In this document: in pieces, positions 56,501 through 64,000 of the stretch
How the letters are laid out: each line of letters begins with the position of its first letter
How positions within the stretch are numbered: the first letter of the stretch is position 1
DNA from: a virus
Length of the DNA stretch: 64,000 nucleotides
Strand: one strand, 5' to 3'
IMG/VR virus record: IMGVR_UViG_3300043464_001711
Span: 29,998 to 93,997 of that record
The notes under the pieces: model-generated
Told to the model about the DNA's origin: nothing
Database searches by the model: none
The model's input: the letters and a program-made list of their open reading frames with translations, nothing else
Position numbers and translations under genes: made by a program

Positions 56501-58590
56501 TTATATTAGATTTATCTTCTTCTAGAAGATACATTTCTCAAAAAAATGGTAATACTACCGAGAAATGGGCTAGATTTATGGGAGCACCAGAGACAGATGA
56601 TTTAGGTTTTGCTAATTCAATTATTAACACACCATTATGGACACTTAATTATCCACTATACAAAAATGCTTGGAATTGGTCAAAAGCCGGTGGTAATTCC
56701 TATATAGGGTTAGATGAAACAATTAAAACCTCAGATCTAGATTTACCAGAGTCTTACAACAACAATATTTATAAAAATACAAAAAGAAATTGGGGTACAT
56801 GGTGGGGTATTAATCAGTGGGGTGTTGATAACAATACAGATTATTATAAACCTCTAGCTTATATAGCTGTAATGTCTTTTGGCTTTAGAAATCAAAATAC
56901 TAATTATAGGTCCGGTCATTTTTTACCTTGGGATGGTAAGGGTGATTACGATTTATCTTCTTTTTCTAATTTTACACATACAGCTATAGTAGCTAATTTA
57001 CCTAAATCTTATGTTTTATTAATAGGTGCTCTTTTATGGAGAATGAAAGAATCTGGTTTATTAAGATGGGACGATATAAAACCAAAAAGAAACACTATAG
57101 ACGCTAATAACAAGGGTTGGAATACTTTTGATAAGTCTTATTTAGGTGCTGAAGGTGCAGGTAATGTTGGTATTGATGATTTAAATGATCCTGTTTGGTT
57201 CTTCCATACGTCGACTTCAAGACCTTTATACGGTGGTGGTTCTGTTTATGCAAATAATGATGGCTTTGATATAAAACAATCACCATTTACTGACGGTAAA
57301 GGAAAATACCAAAGAGAATGGCTTGGTAGAACGAAGGGTATTGATAATTGGACAAATGGCGGTGGTAGTATAAATAGTTCATTATCTTTAGATGCACCAG
57401 TTACCATCACTAGTTGGACAAAAGGTCAGTTTGTATTTGGTGATGAAAAAAGTGAGTTTAAAAATAGAGCAAGAGGATTTTATGATTTGTGTAGACCCGA
57501 CCAGATTCCTTTTTTAATTTCTAGTGGTGATGATTTTAAAACACCTAATACTTTAGCCATAGTAGAAAAAACTGAAAAAGATAAAAACCCACCATCTAAT
57601 GTGAATACCTCCCTATCTAGACTACCTAATTTAAAATTTGATAATGGTACAGGTTCCACCTCTTACATTAAAACAACTTACCCTGTATTAAAAGAAGAGT
57701 GTAAAGAATTAATGTTTATACCTAAATCACTAAAAGAACAATTTATTCAAGCTTTTGAAAATTGGGCAACAAACGATACAAAATGGTTGGCAACAATTGA
57801 CCCATTAAATTGGACGGATGATGGTAAACTAGAAAATTTTACCACTACCACAAATGGAAATGTAAACACCGCTTACAAAGTAAGTGGTTATAGAGGTTTC
57901 TTAAACCAAGAAACTTATAGTAAATCTAGAAATTTCGGTAAAGTCATCAATGACGAAAAAAAAGATTTCGGATTTTCTAAATTTGATTTTGAGGATAATA
58001 ATAATATTGGATCTAATCAAAAAAAGACTAAAAAAACTAATAAAAATAATAACAGCAGCGAAGAAAATATACCTAGTGGGGGTGGTTCTGAAGGAATCGA
58101 ACAAGCTGGTGGTATAGGTAATTCTTTTTGTTTTGTTGCAGGAACAAAAATTAAATTAGTTGACGGGTCTAGTGTGAATATTGAAGATTTAAATATAGAT
58201 AAAAAATTATTAACATATAACTTAGACACCAAAGAATTTGAAGAAGGTGATATTGGTGAAATACAGGTTGAATACAAAGAAAATTTGGTAACTTATTATT
58301 TTGATAATGGTAATAAAATAAATTGTACTGAAGATCACCCTATTTGGGTAATCGGAAAAGGTTGGTCTTCTTATAGAGCTTATAACTTTACTGAAGATAA
58401 CACACACAATATAAATACAAAAGAAATTATAATAGGTGATGAATGTTTATATTATTCTGATGGGAAGTTCAACAAAGTAAAATTGAATAAAATTATCAGA
58501 AAAAATAATAGACCAACAAGAGTTTGGAGAATTAAAAACCTTAATGTTAATAAAAACTTTATTGCTGGTAATGTTTTAGTCTATAATTAA
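53509..58590 (+). CDS. Baseplate hub-like protein (N-terminal half) ending in a Hint domain
   Basis: FGITNIGI...IDFVDVRG...FELTVKGYYG N-terminus; canonical position after the LysM gene; Hint domain at residues 1541-1693. Confidence 0.7.
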   Translation: MAFNQGPQPEIVLNENGVRYVDPNPTDEIVNHEDLVMYVKLVARAKGRSILTYDQATEQQTVIVEQKNVQSETNFTYQTGKEYLDTSWTNIGGGNINFGEDLGSFGITNIGIEFKSSFMPQIVIDFVDVRGAALFEQGPCSPYAIFFHLPYPVFELTVKGYYGRPVTYTLALIKFNTKFNSETGNFESKAEFVGYTYAFLADIPMGYVMAANFMTKPHDGKTILAEKWKQLIEKKILDNSFTNENEPLSVYDLIKKSKQLEQRTQELKGLASVKQLGQINSTKNQLDSLRNIVSEFEGKLRSSISKSINSGFDKNKVFFIKLPNTPDTQQSAILTDVKAIINEYLGDGNNLGGKIGTEVSTVNTYYKTNSIGDSPNINFTNITNNTKGFLNQSVGQEDGLLKYSIDFEESFYKPLNIASKSLSKQQITKKDEVKNTLNAEVIKTLGFLPTISNVFAIILTNVEVFLELLLRTSRDAEKYHEENDVTSVLDGTTQNLLELRNKPTVGAQLSDEASTNKPIKVYPWPTYYVQKAPASETNPDSNVSSNSSEVGTKEAYPGENPEFTSWPEVVFVENFIKALTRLKTELQVLELEKENLPGYDNFAPITAYETHAFGNANAPNRWYRLQQDPSFENIIYKIMGENAFILGDYTMINTLSLWKSQLGFTNGWGVSSLTNYQGSGNGYIPASSNGFNVGPQRLVNNPLVISNLNQPELNRYPNISNKGFNYLSYGSDAKDREVESFRKKIIPTTRARMKKWGYIDALNLMTTMKLDGGETTVLSFLKSSMTVENKEKIKKEIKERLSERLKTQTWDEWKVSATQEISGTTALIDNQNSIWSGHFGYVKKKPVLSYKGPIILNSQIDEGKNIEIHANPHLNEGQGAILTTADALAGREIDFSSESLTDNIKKKYTEYFADVSTNESKINEDVATPNSLAYTTLKYRPKPSTIKSKTSYDNYSLERSNINLIRDKNTNLLSLGENFYPNFFHKYEDNEGLESSKIILDLSSSRRYISQKNGNTTEKWARFMGAPETDDLGFANSIINTPLWTLNYPLYKNAWNWSKAGGNSYIGLDETIKTSDLDLPESYNNNIYKNTKRNWGTWWGINQWGVDNNTDYYKPLAYIAVMSFGFRNQNTNYRSGHFLPWDGKGDYDLSSFSNFTHTAIVANLPKSYVLLIGALLWRMKESGLLRWDDIKPKRNTIDANNKGWNTFDKSYLGAEGAGNVGIDDLNDPVWFFHTSTSRPLYGGGSVYANNDGFDIKQSPFTDGKGKYQREWLGRTKGIDNWTNGGGSINSSLSLDAPVTITSWTKGQFVFGDEKSEFKNRARGFYDLCRPDQIPFLISSGDDFKTPNTLAIVEKTEKDKNPPSNVNTSLSRLPNLKFDNGTGSTSYIKTTYPVLKEECKELMFIPKSLKEQFIQAFENWATNDTKWLATIDPLNWTDDGKLENFTTTTNGNVNTAYKVSGYRGFLNQETYSKSRNFGKVINDEKKDFGFSKFDFEDNNNIGSNQKKTKKTNKNNNSSEENIPSGGGSEGIEQAGGIGNSFCFVAGTKIKLVDGSSVNIEDLNIDKKLLTYNLDTKEFEEGDIGEIQVEYKENLVTYYFDNGNKINCTEDHPIWVIGKGWSSYRAYNFTEDNTHNINTKEIIIGDECLYYSDGKFNKVKLNKIIRKNNRPTRVWRIKNLNVNKNFIAGNVLVYN
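58129..58587 (+). other. C-terminal Hint/mini-intein-like domain without a C-extein
   Basis: CFVAGTKI (block A), CTEDHPIWV (block B), NFIAGNVLVYN (block G) followed by TAA. Confidence 0.9.
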
Positions 58591-58593
58591 AAT

Positions 58594-60543
58594 ATGTCTG
58601 AAAGAATAATAGGGTTAAAGAAGGAAGAATCAGGCAATCAAAATAAAGTGCTTTATGATGAATTGTTTGTTAAAGATTCTGGATATAGGTTAGTCTCTTC
58701 TACACCTAAAGTTTTTTCTGCAATACATCCTGATGATTTTGGTGAAAATTTTTATATTTCTGAGGAAGAATTAGATTTTTACATTGAAGGTTTTATTTCC
58801 GCTGTTTCAGAAAATGTTGACGATATATCACAGAATATAGTAAAAGAAGAATCTAATAATAATGATTTAGAATCTGGTTTAGATGATTTAGATACTAAAC
58901 TATCCTTATATAGGTCATTTAGATCATTGTATGATAAATGGATTGCTAGTTCTAATATAGACGGTGAAACATCTAGTGGATATTTCTTCAATAATTATGG
59001 TCAAAGTGAAGTTAATGGTGAGGATGATAAAAGATTATTATTTGAACACTTTTCTTTTGTAAATAGAACAAATTCTAATATAGGTAATAGAGCAGTTATA
59101 GACTTCTCATACCTATCAAATTTAGCTAACTCTAAAAATGGACAAGGACCAACACAATCTTTATACGAATCAATAACTAATCTACTAACTGAAAATAAAT
59201 TTGAGTTTTTCGCAATGCCTAGTTTAATAGGTTATTCAGATTCAGATTCAAAAGATTTGATAGATATATTTAGAACGATAGATGGACCAATAAATAGAAT
59301 ACCAGCTAAACCTGGTTTTATATGTATGTTTATTGGTGGTAATTCTAGAACATTAGATATCCCACAATCTTATTGTGGTATTAATCGTGTTGGTTTTGAT
59401 TTTGTAAACGACTCATTTGATATAGACGATCCAACCACATATCCACAAGATTTTACTGATAATGGGGGTATTACCGCATTTAAAGTTAAATACGGACAAC
59501 AAACCCAAAATCATTTTAAAAGTATAGAATTAGACCAATCGGAATTCAAAGAAACCCAAGAATCTTTAATAGTAATAGATTCTTTAACAAACCCCTCTAG
59601 TGGTTCAGATCCAGTAAAAATTGGTAAGGGTAATAATGTCTACGATGTTAATTTAACAAGGGGTTATTCTTGTACCGTCACAATGTTGGGTGATATGCAA
59701 ATACAGCCAATGATGATCTTTAAATTAGAGAATGTCCCTATGTTTAGGGGAACATATTTAATAACATCTGTTTCACATAATATTAAACCACACAATGTAG
59801 AAACAACATTTAAGGGTGTGAGACAACCAATAGTAACAGTACCTATTGTAACTGAGGCATTAAGTTTATTGGATTTAGCTTTAGCGGAAGTAGTACAAGG
59901 AGACCAAGCTTTACAAAGTAATAATGGTACTATATCATCACAATCATTATTTGGTGATGTTGGTAGTAGTGATGTAACACCACCTGAAATAGACTTAACT
60001 GTTTATGGTGATAATTCAGATAAAACATGTCCTAAAGACCCATTAATTTCTGATGGTGGTGTGGGTGATGCTTACATCAAAGGTAAATTATATAAAATTA
60101 GATTGTGTAAAGTTAAAGGTACCGATGGTAACACAGCTAAAGTTAACGTTGAAATGGCTTTAAATTTAGCTAACATGATTAGAAAGGCACAACAAGATGG
60201 TGTTAAATTAACCCTCGGTAGTAACTTTAGAACAATGCAAAGCCAAGTAAATACCGCTAGAAGTAATGGATGTTACAAATCTGGTAATTTTAATAGATCT
60301 GATTGTAATGTGGCTACCGCACAACCAGGTTATTCTAATCACCAAAGTGGTTCAGCTATAGATTTTGGTTGTAACGGTAAAACCATATGTTACAGTAATA
60401 GTTCAGCTTGGTGTGAAAAAAATGGTTCACAATTAAGGCCAAATGAATATCCTTGTTTTGAATGGATGGTTAGAAACGCTAATAGTTATGGTTTTTATAA
60501 TTATAAAAAAGAAGCTTGGCACTGGTCAATAAATGGTGCGTAA
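58594..60543 (+). CDS. Hub C-terminal module 1 with an M15/VanY-like zinc peptidase
   Basis: Shared module (CTVTMLG...GTYLITSVSH...FKGVR), then FRT, SNHQSGSAID and EAWH. Confidence 0.85.
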   Translation: MSERIIGLKKEESGNQNKVLYDELFVKDSGYRLVSSTPKVFSAIHPDDFGENFYISEEELDFYIEGFISAVSENVDDISQNIVKEESNNNDLESGLDDLDTKLSLYRSFRSLYDKWIASSNIDGETSSGYFFNNYGQSEVNGEDDKRLLFEHFSFVNRTNSNIGNRAVIDFSYLSNLANSKNGQGPTQSLYESITNLLTENKFEFFAMPSLIGYSDSDSKDLIDIFRTIDGPINRIPAKPGFICMFIGGNSRTLDIPQSYCGINRVGFDFVNDSFDIDDPTTYPQDFTDNGGITAFKVKYGQQTQNHFKSIELDQSEFKETQESLIVIDSLTNPSSGSDPVKIGKGNNVYDVNLTRGYSCTVTMLGDMQIQPMMIFKLENVPMFRGTYLITSVSHNIKPHNVETTFKGVRQPIVTVPIVTEALSLLDLALAEVVQGDQALQSNNGTISSQSLFGDVGSSDVTPPEIDLTVYGDNSDKTCPKDPLISDGGVGDAYIKGKLYKIRLCKVKGTDGNTAKVNVEMALNLANMIRKAQQDGVKLTLGSNFRTMQSQVNTARSNGCYKSGNFNRSDCNVATAQPGYSNHQSGSAIDFGCNGKTICYSNSSAWCEKNGSQLRPNEYPCFEWMVRNANSYGFYNYKKEAWHWSINGA

Positions 60544-60546
60544 TAT

Positions 60547-62466
60547 ATGTCTAACGAAAGAATAATAGGATTAAAGAAAGAAGAATCGGGCAATCAAAAT
60601 AAAGTGCTTTATGATGAATTGTTTGTTAAAGATTCGGGCTACAGACTAGTGTCATCAAGTCCAAAAGTTTTTTCTGCAATACATCCTGATGATTTCGGTG
60701 ATAATTTTTACATCTCAGAAGAAGAATTAGATTTTTATATTGATGGGTTTATTTCTGCTATATCAGATAACGTCGATGATGTTATAGATAATTTAGTAAA
60801 AGAAGAAGCAAATCAAATTAATGATTTAGAATCTGGTTTAGATGATTTAGATACTAAACTATCCTTATATAGATCTTTTAAATCTTTAAATGATAAATGG
60901 ATAATCAGTTCAAATTATAATGAAGGTAGTAAAACTAGATATTTTTATGATAACAATAAATTTGTTAGTGGTGATACAAAATTATTATACGAATATTTTT
61001 CTTTTGTAAATAGATGCGGAACCTCAATTGGTAGTAAGGCTGTTATAGATTTTTCATATCTTTCTAATTTAGGTAGTGTACAAAATGGCCAAGGGCCAAC
61101 AAAATCTCTTTATGAATCACTAACTGGTCTTTTAACTGAAAATAATTTTATATTCCACCCTTTACCAGCATTTGTTACTTATTCAGATAAAGATTTAACA
61201 CCTTTAACCGATATGTTTAGAACAATAGACGGTCCATTAAATAATTTATCGGCTGAACCTAATTTTGTTTGTATGTTTATTGGTGGTAGTTCTAGAGCTT
61301 TAGATATACCAACCTCATATTGTGGTTTAGGGGGGACTAATTTTCAATATACTAACGACTCTTTCGATGTTAACGACCCAACAACTTACCCAGAAGATTT
61401 TAGGTCAGGTGGTGCGATAAATGCGTTTAAAGTTAGGTATGGACAAGAAGCACAAAATCATTTTAGTAGAATAGAGCTGGACCAAGCAGAATTTAAAGAA
61501 ACACAAGATTCTTTATTGGTAATAGACGCTTTAGTTAATCCGTCTAGTGGTTCAAACCCAACAAAAATCGGTAAAGGAAATAATATCTATGATGTTAATT
61601 TGACTAGGTCTTATACCTGTACAGTAGAAACTTTAGGTAATATGCAAATACAACCAATGATGTTCTTTAAATTGGAAAATGTACCAATGTTTAGAGGCAC
61701 TTATTTAATTACTGATGTTAGTCATACAATAAAACCACATAATGTTATAACTTCTTTCAAGGGAGTTAGACAACCAATAATGACTGTACCAATCGTAACT
61801 GAGGCATTAAGTTTATTAGATTTATCTTTAGTTGAAGTAGTAGAAAATAATAACAACCAAAATACATTAGGTTCATCACAAACTAGTGATTTGGGTAATG
61901 ATAGTTTTGCCTCCATAAATTTAGTACCATTAGAATCTATTGGTGATAATGTAAAAGATGCTTTAATTTATTTTATAAAAACAGTGAAGTTACCACCTTA
62001 TAAAGCTATAGGTATTATAGCGGCTATAATGGGTGAATCTGGTACAAAATTAAATCCAAAAGCGTTAAATAGTAGTTCAGGTGCTTTTGGTATTGCTCAG
62101 TGGTTAGGTAATAGGTTACAAGGTTTAAAACAACTAACTAATTTTGAATCATTATCAACCCAATTACAGTATTTATGGAGTGAATTAGATCCTAATAGTA
62201 AAAATGTTGATACAATAGCTAAACCTTATATATCTAAAGCCACCTCTAAAGAAGAAACATTAGCGGCAATGGCTTTATTTGAAAGATGGGAATACCCAGT
62301 TAAATTATTTAAAAGTAATGGTAACTCATATAAAAACGTATACCCGATATTAGTAGCTGAAGTAATAAATAAAAGTACACCAGATAAATCTTTAAGGGAT
62401 AGAATAGGTTATTTAGTTAGAGTTGAAGAAGTTTATAACAGTTTAAAATCCCAAGGATTAGTTTAA
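60547..62466 (+). CDS. Hub C-terminal module 2 with a phage tail lysozyme
   Basis: Shared module, then GIIAAIMGESG...LNP...GAFGIAQW...QLQYLWSEL...FER. Confidence 0.85.
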   Translation: MSNERIIGLKKEESGNQNKVLYDELFVKDSGYRLVSSSPKVFSAIHPDDFGDNFYISEEELDFYIDGFISAISDNVDDVIDNLVKEEANQINDLESGLDDLDTKLSLYRSFKSLNDKWIISSNYNEGSKTRYFYDNNKFVSGDTKLLYEYFSFVNRCGTSIGSKAVIDFSYLSNLGSVQNGQGPTKSLYESLTGLLTENNFIFHPLPAFVTYSDKDLTPLTDMFRTIDGPLNNLSAEPNFVCMFIGGSSRALDIPTSYCGLGGTNFQYTNDSFDVNDPTTYPEDFRSGGAINAFKVRYGQEAQNHFSRIELDQAEFKETQDSLLVIDALVNPSSGSNPTKIGKGNNIYDVNLTRSYTCTVETLGNMQIQPMMFFKLENVPMFRGTYLITDVSHTIKPHNVITSFKGVRQPIMTVPIVTEALSLLDLSLVEVVENNNNQNTLGSSQTSDLGNDSFASINLVPLESIGDNVKDALIYFIKTVKLPPYKAIGIIAAIMGESGTKLNPKALNSSSGAFGIAQWLGNRLQGLKQLTNFESLSTQLQYLWSELDPNSKNVDTIAKPYISKATSKEETLAAMALFERWEYPVKLFKSNGNSYKNVYPILVAEVINKSTPDKSLRDRIGYLVRVEEVYNSLKSQGLV

Positions 62467-62477
62467 TATTAAATAAA

Positions 62478-64000
62478 ATGTCTAACGAAAGAATAATAGG
62501 GTTAAAGAAAGAAGAGAGTGGAAACCAAAATAAGGTTTTATATGATGAATTATTCGTTAAAGATTCTGGGTACAGACTTGTTTCTTCCACACCTAAAGTT
62601 TTTTCTGCTATTCACCCCGATGATTTTGGTGAAAATTTTTATATTTCTGAGGAAGAGTTAGATTTTTACATTGAAGGCTTTATTCAGGCTGTTTCAGATA
62701 ATGTGGGTGATGTTATAGATAATTTAGTAAAAGAAGATTCAGCTAAACTTGATGATATAGAATCTGGTTTAGATGATTTGGATATTAAACTATCTCTTTA
62801 TAGATCATTTAAATCACTTTATGATAAATGGATTTCTAATTCAATATCACCTAATGGTGTAACAAATGGTTATTTTTATAATAATTATGGTGGTGATGAT
62901 GATAGAATGTTATATGAACATTTTAAATTTGTTAATAGAGCAAATCAAAATATAGGTGACAAAGCTGTTATAGATTTTTCTTATTTATCAAATTTAGCTA
63001 ACACACAAAACGGACAAGGACCGACACAATCACTTTATGAATCTTTGACCGGTTTGTTAAGTGAAAACAAATTTGATTTTTGGCCTTTACCAGCAAACAT
63101 ATCATTAACACAAGATAGTTTAAGTAATGAAGATGTTAAAGATATATTTAGGACACTAACTCTTGTTACTGATTTAAAACCAGGACCAACCTTTGTTTGT
63201 GTTTATATTGGAGGCAGTTCAAGAACCTTAGCTGATTTACAAAGTAGTGGTGATGCTTGTGTTAATAATAATGGTTCTTTTTATTATACCGACGATTCTT
63301 TTGATATAACAAAAGTTGAAGATTGGCCGGCTGAATATGCTGCTAGTAATGAAGGTGTTGTTGTTTTTAAAGTTAGATATGGACAAGAAGCACAAAACCA
63401 CTTTGATTCTATTGAGTTAGACCAAACAGAATTTAAGGAAACACAAGAATCTTTACAGATTATAGATGCTTTAACTAACCCTAATAGTGGTTCTAATCCA
63501 TCAAAAACAGGTAAAGGTAATAATATGTATGACGTTTACTTAACTAGGTCTTATAATTGTACCGTTTCAGGTTTGGGTAATATGTCTATACAACCATTAA
63601 TGCATTTTAAATTAGAAAATGTACCTATGTTTAGGGGTACTTATTTAATTACAGGTGTTAAACACACAATAACACCACACAACATAAAAACTGAATTCAC
63701 AGGTATGAGACAACCTAAAATTACAATTCCAGTTGTGACTGAAGCGTTAAGTTTAATTGATTTAGCTTTAGCTGAAACAATTACACAAGGTACCGTACAA
63801 AATGATAGTTCGTCAGACGTTTCAAATTTTAGTAGTAGTGATATAGAAAACTTTAGTGGTGTAGACACTAATTCTAAAGGTTGTGAAATAGCTAGAAAAT
63901 TAAGTAATGATTTAAGTATTTCATTAGAACAGGCTTCTGGTATAGTCGGTAATTTAGTAGCTGAAAGTGGATTAATACCTAATAGAATACAAGGTGGGGG
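62478..64000 (+). CDS. Hub C-terminal module 3 with a second phage tail lysozyme (partial, not in the ORF track)
   Basis: MSNERIIGLKKEESGNQNK start; same frame at the window end reads QASGIVGNLVAESGLIPNRIQGG. Confidence 0.85.
   Translation, partial: MSNERIIGLKKEESGNQNKVLYDELFVKDSGYRLVSSTPKVFSAIHPDDFGENFYISEEELDFYIEGFIQAVSDNVGDVIDNLVKEDSAKLDDIESGLDDLDIKLSLYRSFKSLYDKWISNSISPNGVTNGYFYNNYGGDDDRMLYEHFKFVNRANQNIGDKAVIDFSYLSNLANTQNGQGPTQSLYESLTGLLSENKFDFWPLPANISLTQDSLSNEDVKDIFRTLTLVTDLKPGPTFVCVYIGGSSRTLADLQSSGDACVNNNGSFYYTDDSFDITKVEDWPAEYAASNEGVVVFKVRYGQEAQNHFDSIELDQTEFKETQESLQIIDALTNPNSGSNPSKTGKGNNMYDVYLTRSYNCTVSGLGNMSIQPLMHFKLENVPMFRGTYLITGVKHTITPHNIKTEFTGMRQPKITIPVVTEALSLIDLALAETITQGTVQNDSSSDVSNFSSSDIENFSGVDTNSKGCEIARKLSNDLSISLEQASGIVGNLVAESGLIPNRIQGG

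Noticed and set aside
58585-58599. Stop read-through giving a normal cis-splicing intein (AAT TAA AAT ATG TCT is in frame, as is TAA TAT ATG at 60541)
   Set aside because: The +1 residue would be the stop position, not Cys/Ser/Thr. Module 3 is out of frame, and each module has its own Met-Ser start.
694-63868. Short antisense or overlapping ORFs in the track (e.g. 694-933, 24658-25242, 47908-48564, 63641-63868)
   Set aside because: They are shadows of well-supported genes and have no motifs of their own.
58594-64000. Diversity-generating retroelement or assembly duplication
   Set aside because: No reverse transcriptase in the window, differences are not adenine-specific, and the copies are substantially diverged with different tips.
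1-64000. Alternative genetic code
   Set aside because: Long genes are intact in code 11, and TAA, TAG and TGA all end genes at plausible positions.
1-64000. tRNA or rRNA genes
   Set aside because: None recognised by eye; intergenic gaps are short and AT-rich.

Overview
AT-rich segment of a large contractile-tailed (myovirus-like, probably jumbo) phage in standard code 11. Bacteroidota-type promoters (TTTG-N18/19-TAnnTTTG) and A-rich leaders without obvious Shine-Dalgarno sites suggest a Bacteroidota host. Bases 1-16.2 kb (mostly minus strand) hold replication and accessory genes: intein-containing dUTPase, PolB-like exonuclease, frameshifted glycosyltransferase, WYL protein, family B DNA polymerase, GH24 lysozyme, DHH phosphoesterase and SNF2 helicase. 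Bases 16.3-64 kb (mostly plus strand) hold the morphogenesis region: neck, tail fibres, sulfotransferase, sheath, tube, chaperone, tape measure and baseplate, interrupted by clpP, an M28 peptidase and two homing endonucleases. The main candidate for an undescribed system is at 53.5-64 kb. A 1693-aa baseplate-hub-like protein ends in a Hint (intein-like) domain with no C-extein. At least three separately translated Met-Ser-starting paralogues follow, each with a near-identical N-terminal segment, the putative hub C-terminal domain and a different peptidoglycan hydrolase. This suggests a split hub with interchangeable, possibly Hint-ligated, lytic modules. All calls come from motif recognition; no database searches were run.
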